Assembly: GCA_026770705.1 (NCBI GenBank)
Contig: JANJGN010000021.1
Location: forward strand, 107,756,001-107,820,000
DNA length: 64,000 nucleotides
Reading direction: 5' to 3'
DNA from: Isurus oxyrinchus
Lineage: Eukaryota
Below the pieces are notes generated by a model. That model searched no databases. It worked only from the letters and a program-made list of their open reading frames with translations, and was not told the origin of the DNA. The position numbers and the translations under genes are program-made. Position 1 is the first letter of the stretch, and every line of letters starts with the position of its first letter. Shown here piece after piece: positions 58,501 to 64,000 of the stretch.

Positions 58501-61500
58501 TTCGTACCTTTAATATTGGAAAGTCAGTCAGGACACTGGGAATATCGAACAGAATACTGTAAATATTTGACAGGAGACCAGGGGCCTTGTATTGGAAATT
58601 GGAAGTACTGGACAGTGTACCAGAATATTGACCAGGACCATCCAGAATATTGGACACATGGTAATAATAATCTGATAATATATTATGTTAGCCAGTGTGC
58701 TGGGAAATATTGGACAGGGCACCAGAAATACTGGGGAATATTAGACTGGGCAATGGGGAATATTGTACTGGACCCTGGACCTACAGAACTGAAGATTGGG
58801 GAATATTGGTCTGGGCACTGGGGAATATTGGACTGGAGATGGGGAATATTGGACAGGACAGTGGGAATATTGGACAGGACAGTGGGGATATTGGACTGGA
58901 CAGTGGAATATTGCACTGAATGCTCTGCCATGCTGTCCTGTGGCCAAGATGATTGGTTTCTGTCATTTGGATCAAACAGATCTAACACGTAAGTTGCAGT
59001 CAAAGGGACAAACAAAATGATTCCTGCAGATCAGAGCAGCAGATCTGTCATCTTTGAATCGCTCAGGGCTGGGAGACACCCTCACCCTCTCCCCGAGTGC
59101 CCATGACCAGCCTAGTACATTCGGCTCTGATGTTGGGAGAGGTCCCATTTCTATGGCAACAGAATGATTTCTGTTGGAGCTGTGCAAGTTAAAATGAGAG
59201 CACCCACTCATGAGATTGGTCCCCAAACATTTCCTCAGTCAATTTCCCTCCTCTCATTGGTCTGTCAGAGAAACATTCAGGGACAATTTTCCTTTTTGTA
59301 GGTTAGGAAGCAACAGACATTACAAAGTATCACTCATTTTCAGTGGAGATACCTGAGGTGTTGGCGGAAGTGGTCAGTGGCCTGGTGCGTTGGCCACCAG
59401 ACACCCCATAGAGATGGAGCGTGTAGGCGTTGGTAGGCCTCAGGCCTGTGATGACGGTGGATCGACGGTCACCAGTTACCGTGAGGTTTCTCACATCCTC
59501 AGAGCCCTCGAGCCCGTATTCGATGAGAAAGGAATCATAGGTCCTCTCTGTTTCCCAGGATAGTTGGAGGGATTGGGCCGTGACCTTAGACACGGAGAAA
59601 TTGTCCAGATCCGCCACTTCAATCGGCCTCTGACCCTCTTTATCTGTGGAGACTACAATTTAAAATAAAAACAATGATCATTAATCGGCCCTCTGGCCTA
59701 CCTGAAGAGAAAGATTGAGTGAGTTCTGGACAGGAAATTGAGGAAAAGCAAATCCCAATGAGGAGAGGAAGAGAGAGGAACACTCCTTAACTCATCTGAG
59801 ATTCTCCCCTCCATCCCAGTGCGGAACTCACTCTAGCATTGACGGAGAATTTAGCTGAGAAAAGATGCTCCTGAATTCAATGGTGCCTCAAGGAATGCAA
59901 GATTTAACGGCACCTCAACAGCAGCTGAAGCAGACTCCGAGAACAACAACAACTAACAACAACTTGCATTTATCTAGCACTGTTAGAGTAGTCAAACATC
60001 CCAATGCCCATCACAGGAGCGTTTTCAGATGGAATTTAACACCAAGATACGTAAAGAGATAGCAGAACGGTAACGGTAAGCTTGGCCAAAGAGGTAGAAT
60101 TTAACAGAGAACAGAGCTAGTTAGAGAAGTTGAAGAATATGGACAGAACATTAATAATGACCATTATTAGTATGAAAAAACCAGGTTGAGTCCTGGCACA
60201 TTCTGAATCACTTTAGCCTTTTGTCACTGAACCAGACAAACTCTGACAGACTGACAGGAAACTTCGATAAACACAGACTCAATAGATCTGTAGGGACACT
60301 ATACATCACAACACCAAGAATTCAATGTTCAGTCTGATTACTTGTAAATCTAAAAGGAGCTTCACTGGATTCAGGAGTGTAACTGGGTTTAATAACACCC
60401 TGAGATCCAACCCAGCTCAGACTGTCAGGAATCTCCCAATGGGAAATTTTCCCAGCTTTTCACTGAAATTAATAATTCTGTAGGGACCTCACCTGTGAAA
60501 ATCAAAACACAATTTACTACAACTAAAACGCATCCAAGTCCAAAACCTTCCTGAAGAAACCCAAGGCACGGTGTATTTTATTAACAGGAAGGCAAGTCAG
60601 AGGATCACAGAATGATAGAGCACAGAATGAGGCCATTCCGCCCATCATATCTTGCTGGATCTTTGAAAGATCAATCCAATTAGTCCCACCACACTTATAC
60701 TTTCTGCATAACTGAGTTACTTTTTGCCTTTCAAATATTTATTTGAGTCTCTTTTCACTTATTATTGAATCATCTTCCACCATCTCCTCAGGCAGTCTTT
60801 GTCCAGATTGTTGTGTAATAAATATTTCCTCGTGTCGTTTCTGGTTACTTTGCCAATCCCCTTCTCGCTGTGTGCACTGGTTGCCGACCCTCCTGCCACT
60901 GGAGACAGTATGGAACCCTAGACTCATTAATATTTACAGCACATAGCAGGCCTTTTGGCCCATTTTGTCCCTGTTGGCCCTCTACTAGATCAATTCACCA
61001 CTGCTCCTCCACAGCTCGGCAAGTCATCTATTTTGAGGTAATTATCCAATTCCCTTTTGAAGGTGTCTCTTGAATATCCCTGCACCACACTTTCAGGCAG
61101 TGTATACCTCATTTATATTTATATATCCTCTTTTTAAATCCTTCTACATTTTAAATTGCTCTTTCAAATCTCTCCTTCTTCTTCTCTGCTCCAAGGAGAA
61201 CAATCTGAGCTTCTCCAGTCTCTCCACATAACTGAAGTTACTCCTCCCTGGGACCATTCCAGTGAATCTCCACTGCCCTCTTTCCAAGGCCTGCACATCC
61301 TTCCTAAAGTGCGGTTCATGCAGGATAAAGAGATTGACAGAAATGAGAGGAAGGAAATTCCTCCTCTTTGACCACGTCCGTGTGGCCTGGGGTAGTGGAA
61401 GAGCATGAGCTAAAGTCGCAGACACATCATCATACCCTTGGCCAATGGGGACCTTTGGCCATTGTTCTAGGAGAGAAGGAAAGGTGGCCAACCATGATGT

Positions 61501-62361
61501 GTTGCTGATTATTCCTGTCAGGTGCAGCAGAAAGTTGATCAGGAAAAGGCATTGGGAAGCACATGATTCACAAGGATGAATCACTGGAGGATATTTATAT
61601 GCAGCCGCCATTGTGGGCGTGGGTTATAAATATAGATGAGCCTGCACTTCCCCAAAGGGAGAGATTAGACCAGATTTGGAAGCCTCAATGCCGGCTGACT
61701 TGATAACTGGGCACCATCACTTGTGACTTTGCGGCAGTGAATACACGAGGATCCGACTTTCCGGCTCAGAGACAATCATTGCTCCCACTGACCGGAACCC
61801 TGAGCTTCTCGGTCTATCACAGTCATTGATCAGAGTGACCAGCATCGTCATAGCAACTGATAAAAGCTTGGGAATGAATGAGAGAGAAAGAGTATCGACA
61901 GCTGAAAAGCCATCAGAGATGGGAAGTCAAAGCAAATGAAAATATTTTCCCTTGGAAAGGCATCCGGTGAGAAATGAGGAAAATATTTTTCGCTGGCTGC
62001 GGTAGTAAAAGACAGAGAATGCAGGTATTTCACCGGGAATTGTGATGGCAATTGGCTGAACGATAGGTACCTCTTGTGGTGATTACAGCTATCGATGGTG
62101 CTGAGCGTTGGCCTCTGGAAATCGCATAGACATGGATGGTGTATTTGGTGTTAGGCCTCAGGCCTGTGATGAGGTAGGAGCGCCGATTGGCCGTCACCGT
62201 CAGGTTCCGCACACTCTGGGAGCCCTGGGCTCTGTATTGGATCAGGAAGGAATCAAAGACCAACTGTGTCGTCCAGGAGATCCGCACCGAGTGGGCAGTC
62301 ACCCCGGAAATGGAAAGAGCGCCGAGTTTAACGGGTTTGACCGCATCTTTATCTGTGGAGT
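1409..62361 (-). CDS. TNXB: Tenascin-family gene (most like tenascin-X), partial: 31 exons encoding 28 FN3 domains
   Basis: Phase-compatible AG/GT-bounded exons on the minus strand. The last three domains are split across two exons and resemble the terminal tenascin FN3 repeats (e.g. WRPAIAPINHYVITYSG, SPVTGYLLVYE). Upstream single-exon domains carry the TNX-type motif LSW..EGAFDSFLVQYRD. The tenascin family call is strong; the TNX paralog call is moderate. Confidence 0.75.
1823..2250 (+). mobile_element. Non-autonomous element (probably Penelope-like) with ~52-55 bp inverted repeats and a hammerhead motif
   Basis: 1822-1873 is the reverse complement of 2175-2227; near-identical direct repeats aaaattaaag / aaacttaaag (1813-1822, 2251-2260); interrupts a CR1 fragment. 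Confidence 0.7.
2166..2203 (+). ncRNA. Minimal type I hammerhead ribozyme motif
   Basis: gctgtc CTGATGA gtgcaagat GAAA agcttt gacagc: perfect 6-bp stem I, intact core boxes, palindromic stem III. Confidence 0.65.
2440..3060 (-). mobile_element. L2-type LINE 3' fragment
   Basis: ORF 2697-3116 has LVTSRLDCCN..IQNSAA..LHWL..FKIL.LVFKSLHGLA.PYL, a typical L2 ORF2 C-terminus; ends in an aataaatacaagttgttg tail. Confidence 0.8.
3232..3362 (-). CDS. TNXB: Exon: first half of last FN3 (GSDLPRDLTVRDISSTEGLVSWKSPRSPVTGYLLVYETEGSEAQ)
   Basis: ctccctag| acceptor, |gtatcc donor; 131 bp, phase 1-0. Confidence 0.9.
3530..3673 (-). CDS. TNXB: Exon: second half of penultimate FN3 (VPTVSKNVPGNTAELQLTGLNMNTEYKAEIHSVKGDRKSPRISTSFVT)
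   Basis: tttctcccag| acceptor, |gtgagt donor; 144 bp, phase 1-1. Confidence 0.9.
3775..4545. mobile_element. Possible GC-rich MITE-like DNA element
   Basis: Imperfect inverted ends gctgaataataca and tgtaaaattcagc; no clear target-site duplication. Confidence 0.3.
4786..4905 (-). CDS. TNXB: Exon: first half of penultimate FN3 (APDTPSDLKAVNVSDTMALLVWRPAIAPINHYVITYSGQN); not in the ORF track
   Basis: tttattcag| acceptor, |gtgagt donor; 120 bp, phase 1-1; hand-translated; resembles the WQPAIA..YVISY motif of tenascin-C FN7. Confidence 0.9.
5782..5937 (+). repeat. 33-bp minisatellite, ~5 copies
   Basis: Unit gtactgagggagtgctgcaccgtcggagggtcg. Confidence 0.9.
6210..6353 (-). CDS. TNXB: Exon: second half of third-last FN3 (GAPKSAIIDGRKTNITLKGLVPDTKYEINLVAVQGAIESPPILDHFTT)
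   Basis: cttgttgcag| acceptor, |gtgagt donor; 144 bp. Confidence 0.9.
7185..7385 (-). mobile_element. CR1 LINE 3' end
   Basis: LWNSLPQNVVEARSLSVFKTEIDRFL motif in ORF 7243-7548, plus CR1-type 3' UTR. Confidence 0.75.
7557..7679 (-). CDS. TNXB: Exon: first half of third-last FN3 (AREIRSRLRFTDLRDTSVTVHWAAPSAPVKTFKIFYVPTKQ); not in the ORF track
   Basis: aaattccag| acceptor, |gtgagg donor; 123 bp, phase 1-1; hand-translated. Confidence 0.88.
8565..9480 (-). repeat. Same 33-bp minisatellite in opposite orientation, split by a LINE insertion
   Basis: cagtgcagcactccctcagtactgaccctctga units at ~8565-8763 and ~9315-9480. Confidence 0.85.
8764..9312 (+). mobile_element. 5'-truncated CR1/L2-group LINE with A-rich tail
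   Basis: IYKAQVRSVMEYSPLAW..KKLD..Q..HRRTVAAVCTIYKM ORF2 C-terminus; 3' UTR gggatgggcaataaatgctggcc followed by an A-rich tail. Confidence 0.8.
10052..10342 (-). CDS. TNXB: Single-exon FN3 (..LGRLLVSNIDTHSLKLSWTVEEGAFDSFLVQYRDSQG..PIPIVART)
   Basis: ctctctag| acceptor (a second in-frame cag| would start the exon at 10324), |gtacta donor; 291 bp; TNX-like motif. Confidence 0.9.
10580..10915. repeat. ~67-69 bp degenerate tandem repeat, ~5 copies
   Basis: Recurring tctgtaactcactccc.ggtatctg.tattcta.ataaa. Confidence 0.8.
11562..11852 (-). CDS. TNXB: Single-exon FN3 (ASADKEGEKSGKFGSLSFSNITADSLLLSWTAETIFDSFLIQYK..)
   Basis: ccttttag| acceptor, |gtacat donor; 291 bp, open frame. Confidence 0.9.
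12587..12886 (-). CDS. TNXB: Single-exon FN3 (VSIDTNGVKPSRLSKLIRLSGNNVTQDSLQIFWAAESGFDSFLIQYR..)
   Basis: tctctccag| acceptor, |gtattc donor; 300 bp. Confidence 0.88.
13368..14025. repeat. 37-bp minisatellite, ~17 copies
   Basis: Unit agctatatacactgtatattatggtacaagtccacag; homogeneous at 13790-14020, degenerate to the left. Confidence 0.92.
14341..14652. repeat. 25-bp purine-rich minisatellite, ~12 copies
   Basis: Unit ggaatgagaattgaagagatgacga. Confidence 0.92.
14665..14880 (-). mobile_element. 3' end of the LINE family seen at 8764-9312, reverse orientation
   Basis: ccagcatttatcacccatctctaattgcccttgagaaggtggtggtgagctgccttcttgaactgctgcagtccatg matches the reverse complement of ~9185-9260. 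Confidence 0.75.
15289..15588 (-). CDS. TNXB: Single-exon FN3 (ASIVKEGVRLGQTRALGSLSVSNIMADSVELSWSTQWAFDSYVIQYR..)
   Basis: gcctctag| acceptor, |gtagct donor; 300 bp. Confidence 0.9.
15660..16070 (-). mobile_element. DeuSINE (SacSINE1/AmnSINE1-like)
   Basis: Reverse complement contains Deu-domain-like gtgctgcacc.tcagaggtgccctctttcggatgaggcgttaaacc...aagatccca...atttatccctcaatcaacatcactaaaa; recognised from memory of the consensus. Confidence 0.7.
16721..17002 (-). CDS. TNXB: Single-exon FN3 (GEVSPTPRVPVRPGISNVAANSLQLSWTAGRVYEFFLIQYRAHG..); not in the ORF track
   Basis: The usual upstream acceptor reads CG (17012-17013); the in-frame ctccacag| 9 nt downstream is intact; |gtatct donor; 282 bp open frame. 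Confidence 0.82.
17085..17450 (-). mobile_element. CR1 LINE 3' end
   Basis: ORF 17150-17344 contains RKSFFTQRVVRIWNALPECVVE. Confidence 0.8.
18297..18725. repeat. 25-bp purine-rich minisatellite, ~17 copies, related to 14341-14652
   Basis: Units ggaatgggaattgaagagacgacct and ggaatgggatttgaagagatgacca. Confidence 0.92.
19166..19465 (-). CDS. TNXB: Single-exon FN3 (ASTGTVVTEPSETMELGGLSALALTPHSVRLSWLAERDFDSYAVQYR..)
   Basis: gttatag| acceptor, |gtacac donor; 300 bp. Confidence 0.88.
19470..19915 (-). mobile_element. L2-type LINE 3' end abutting the acceptor of exon 19166-19465
   Basis: Similar to 2440-2850; (aac)n-ttgcatttata tail at 19470-19500. Confidence 0.7.
20826..21116 (-). CDS. TNXB: Single-exon FN3 (ASTVKDTVKPSKLGDVSVSHITTQSFQLSWTASKGFDSFLIQY..)
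   Basis: ctttctcag| acceptor, |gtattt donor; 291 bp. Confidence 0.9.
21630..21760. mobile_element. Short inverted-end fragment of the family seen at 452-554 and 55461-55566
   Basis: tgaaacaaaaacaaaaaatgcaggaaaa ... ttttcccagcattttctatttatgtttca; shares the gacctgctgagtttt motif. Confidence 0.5.
22302..22601 (-). CDS. TNXB: Array FN3 exon A1
   Basis: tgtag| acceptor (alternative cag| at 22592), |gtatct donor; 300 bp; VSTDKEGQRPIEVADLDNFSVSKVTAQSLKLSW.. Confidence 0.88.
25022..25303 (-). CDS. TNXB: Array FN3 exon B1
   Basis: ccacag| acceptor (282 bp; upstream gag| at 25312 gives 291 bp), |gtacct donor; DKDAVKPVKLGALSISGVTPHSVRISW.. Confidence 0.86.
27028..27327 (-). CDS. TNXB: Array FN3 exon A2
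   Basis: tag| acceptor, |gtattt donor; 300 bp open. Confidence 0.87.
29503..29784 (-). CDS. TNXB: Array FN3 exon B2
   Basis: cag| acceptor (alternative at 29793), |gtacct donor; open frame. Confidence 0.86.
31479..31778 (-). pseudogene. TNXB: Array FN3 exon A3 with mutated 5' splice site (GT>CT); probably skipped
   Basis: Open 300-bp frame, but the junction reads CAG|CTATTT where all other A copies have CAG|GT. Confidence 0.75.
34232..34513 (-). CDS. TNXB: Array FN3 exon B3
   Basis: Only the downstream cag| acceptor exists (upstream AG reads AA); |gtacct donor; 282 bp. Confidence 0.86.
35290..35960. repeat. 21-22 bp minisatellite present in every array unit (longest copy shown)
   Basis: Unit ggactggacagtggggaatatt; other tracts at about 26090-26610, 30570-31040, 40190-40285, 44590-44915, 49125-49660, 53915-54080, 58700-58915 and 63190-63820. 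Confidence 0.92.
36380..36679 (-). CDS. TNXB: Array FN3 exon A4
   Basis: tag| acceptor, |gtattt donor; 300 bp. Confidence 0.87.
39109..39390 (-). CDS. TNXB: Array FN3 exon B4
   Basis: cag| acceptor (alternative at 39399), |gtacct donor. Confidence 0.86.
40721..41020 (-). CDS. TNXB: Array FN3 exon A5
   Basis: tag| acceptor, |gtatct donor; 300 bp; carries an R>C change (GQCTKP). Confidence 0.87.
43481..43762 (-). CDS. TNXB: Array FN3 exon B5
   Basis: cag| acceptor (alternative tag| at 43771), |gtacct donor. Confidence 0.86.
45350..45649 (-). CDS. TNXB: Array FN3 exon A6
   Basis: tag| acceptor, |gtatct donor; 300 bp. Confidence 0.87.
48046..48327 (-). CDS. TNXB: Array FN3 exon B6
   Basis: cag| acceptor (alternative at 48336), |gtacct donor. 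Confidence 0.86.
50080..50379 (-). CDS. TNXB: Array FN3 exon A7
   Basis: tag| acceptor, |gtaact donor; 300 bp. Confidence 0.87.
52834..53115 (-). CDS. TNXB: Array FN3 exon B7
   Basis: cag| acceptor (alternative at 53124), |gtacct donor. Confidence 0.86.
54515..54814 (-). CDS. TNXB: Array FN3 exon A8
   Basis: tag| acceptor, |gtattt donor; 300 bp. Confidence 0.87.
55461..55566 (+). mobile_element. ~106-bp insertion unique to unit 8; Penelope-like fragment with hammerhead-like motif
   Basis: Sister units read caacacc|gagaattc with no insert; insert starts agtt CTGTTGA agggtcatgaggactc GAAA cgtc aact. Confidence 0.75.
57366..57643 (-). pseudogene. TNXB: Array FN3 exon B8 with 4-bp frameshift deletion and premature stop
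   Basis: Plus strand reads ggaaat-agagcgcc versus ggaaatggaaagagcgcc in sister copies; 278 bp; spliced frame ends ..GGC GCT CTA TTT CCG GGG TGA (stop at 57594-57596); splice sites intact. Confidence 0.8.
59353..59652 (-). CDS. TNXB: Array FN3 exon A9
   Basis: tag| acceptor, |gtatct donor; 300 bp. Confidence 0.87.
61144..61320 (-). mobile_element. CR1 ORF2 fragment co-duplicated in every array unit (unit 9 copy shown)
   Basis: PHFRKDVQALERGQWRFTGMVPG..FSYVERLEKLRLFSLEQRR..RDL; other copies near 24090, 28570, 33310, 38195, 42550, 47115, 51895 and 56435. Confidence 0.8.
62071..62352 (-). CDS. TNXB: Array FN3 exon B9
   Basis: cag| acceptor (alternative at 62361), |gtacct donor. Confidence 0.86.
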
Positions 62362-64000
62362 CTCAAAGGAGGAGGGAGGGGAGAAAAGACAGAGGTAAAA
62401 TATTCACCAGCGGGTTGAATTCACACCCAGCACAACAAAGTCAGAGAAACCCCAGAGCAAAACCAGCATCCAAAATGATTCCCACCAATCAGAATCACTT
62501 CTGTGTGACTCCCTACGCAGTCTGTAAGATACTCCTGGATGCTGAAGTCCACCTCAGTCGCTGTGACACACTTAGTTTGGCCCTAAACTGACAAACTGTC
62601 ACCTCACGGGAAACAATGTAACAATGGGGATGGAGTAGTATTATCTGCACAGCGTGACGGGGAGCGTGTGACAGGAGTTTCGTGTGACATGTACAGGAAG
62701 AGGGTGCCACATGCTAAGAAGTTTCATACCAGCTCTTCACAGCAAACTCGGACGGTTTCTGTCATTACTGTGTTAAAAAGAAAGGTTTTGATTGGATAGA
62801 GCAGCTCATTCTCCAGCATCATCTCAATGTTCCTCACTGTGAAGTGAGCAGCCATTGTTATTAGGGACAGTTACCAAAAAACAATCAGATGAATGAGGGG
62901 CTGACTCGAGCCATGGGTCTGGGAGTTGGGGTGTTGAACAGCAACATCAAACTTGCATTCACTTAGTGCCTTTAATATTGGAAAATCAGCCTGAACACCG
63001 GGAATACCGTACAGGATATAGTAAATATTTCACAGGATACCATGGGCCTTGGACAGGAAAATAGAAATACTGGACTGTGTACCGTAATATTGAACAGGAC
63101 TCTCAGGAACATTGGACACTGGGTAATATTAATAACATGATATCAATTTTATATTATAATATATTATGTTAGCCAGTGTAATGGGAAATTTTGAACTGGG
63201 CATCATGAATATTGTCCAGTAGACAAGAAATATTGGTCAGCGCACCAGAAATACTAAGGAATATTAAACTGGACAATGGGGAATACTGGACTGGACACTC
63301 GGGAATATTGGACTGGATTATGGGGAATATCAGAGTGGACTGGGAATATTGGACTGGGCATGGGAATATCAGAGTGGACAGTGGGGAACATTCGACTGCA
63401 GAATGGGAATATTGGACAGGACATTGAGTATATAGGACTGGACACAGGGAATATCGGACAGGACAGTGGGAATATAGGACTGGGCACTTGGAATATTGGA
63501 CTGGACAGTGCAGAAGATTGGAATAGACAGTGGGAATATTGGACTGGACACTCGGAATATTGGACTGGACAGTGGGAATATTGGACTGGATACTGGGGAA
63601 TATCAGAGTGGACAGTGGGGAATATTGTACTGGATACGGGAATATCAGAGTGGACAGCGGGGAACTTTCGACTGCACAGTGGGAATATTGGACAGGACAG
63701 TAGGAATATAGGACTGGACACTGGGAATATTGGACAGGACAGTGGCAATATTGGACTGGACAGTGCAGAACATTGGAATGGACAGTGGGAATATTGGACT
63801 GGACACTGAAATATTGCACTGAATGCTGTGCTGTGATGTCCTGTGGCCGAGATGATTGGTTTCTGTCATTCGGATCAAACAGATCCAACACCTTGTAAGT
63901 TGCAGTTAAAGGGACAAACAAAAAGTTTCTTGCCGATCTGTCACCTTCGAATCGCTTGGGGCTGGGAGACACCCTCACCCTGCCCCCAAGTGCCCACGAC

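Larger units (their letters stand above)
21950..64000. repeat. Tandem segmental array, at least 9 units of about 4.3-4.9 kb (exon A, intron, exon B, intron), running off the window end
   Basis: A exons begin at 22302, 27028, 31479, 36380, 40721, 45350, 50080, 54515 and 59353 (spacings 4726, 4451, 4901, 4341, 4629, 4730, 4435, 4838 bp); introns align by eye between units. Confidence 0.97.

Noticed and set aside
22302-62361. Array as a cluster of separate small genes, or as antigen-receptor-like rearranging segments
   Set aside because: No start codons, signal peptides or recombination signal heptamer/nonamer motifs noticed; the segments are phase 1-1 exons continuous with the tenascin C-terminal exons
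22339-62591. Recurrent plus-strand ORFs (MATRHPIEME.., MAVTVRFRTL.., MTSGNRID..)
   Set aside because: These are antisense shadows of the FN3 exons, repeated only because the exons are duplicated
26003-63978. Long Trp/Gly-rich or Ser/Pro/Gln-rich ORFs (MDWTVG.., PVQYS..) in every unit
   Set aside because: They are translations of the 21-22 bp minisatellite, open in several frames on both strands, with variable length and no splice or codon signal

Overview
Vertebrate genomic DNA, most likely from a cartilaginous fish, judged from a SacSINE1-like DeuSINE and CR1/L2 LINE debris. No prokaryotic features are present. The window lies inside one large minus-strand tenascin-family gene, most similar to tenascin-X. 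I can place 31 coding exons giving 28 fibronectin type III (FN3) domains. Three split-exon domains at 1409-7679 match the conserved last three tenascin FN3 repeats. Seven older single-exon domains lie at 10052-21116. From about 22 kb to the window end there is a young tandem array of at least 9 units of about 4.3-4.9 kb, each carrying two symmetric (phase 1-1) FN3 exons, called A and B here. The array shows higher-order duplication, paired splice acceptors 9 nt apart, one exon that has lost its GT donor (A3) and one with a 4-bp frameshift and immediate stop (B8), which suggests an actively evolving cassette-exon array. Introns contain LINE/SINE fragments, several minisatellites and small insertions carrying minimal hammerhead-ribozyme motifs, probably from Penelope-like elements. 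The N-terminal EGF exons and the C-terminal fibrinogen-globe exons lie outside the window. All coordinates were read by eye; exon borders were checked against GT/AG, repeat borders are approximate.
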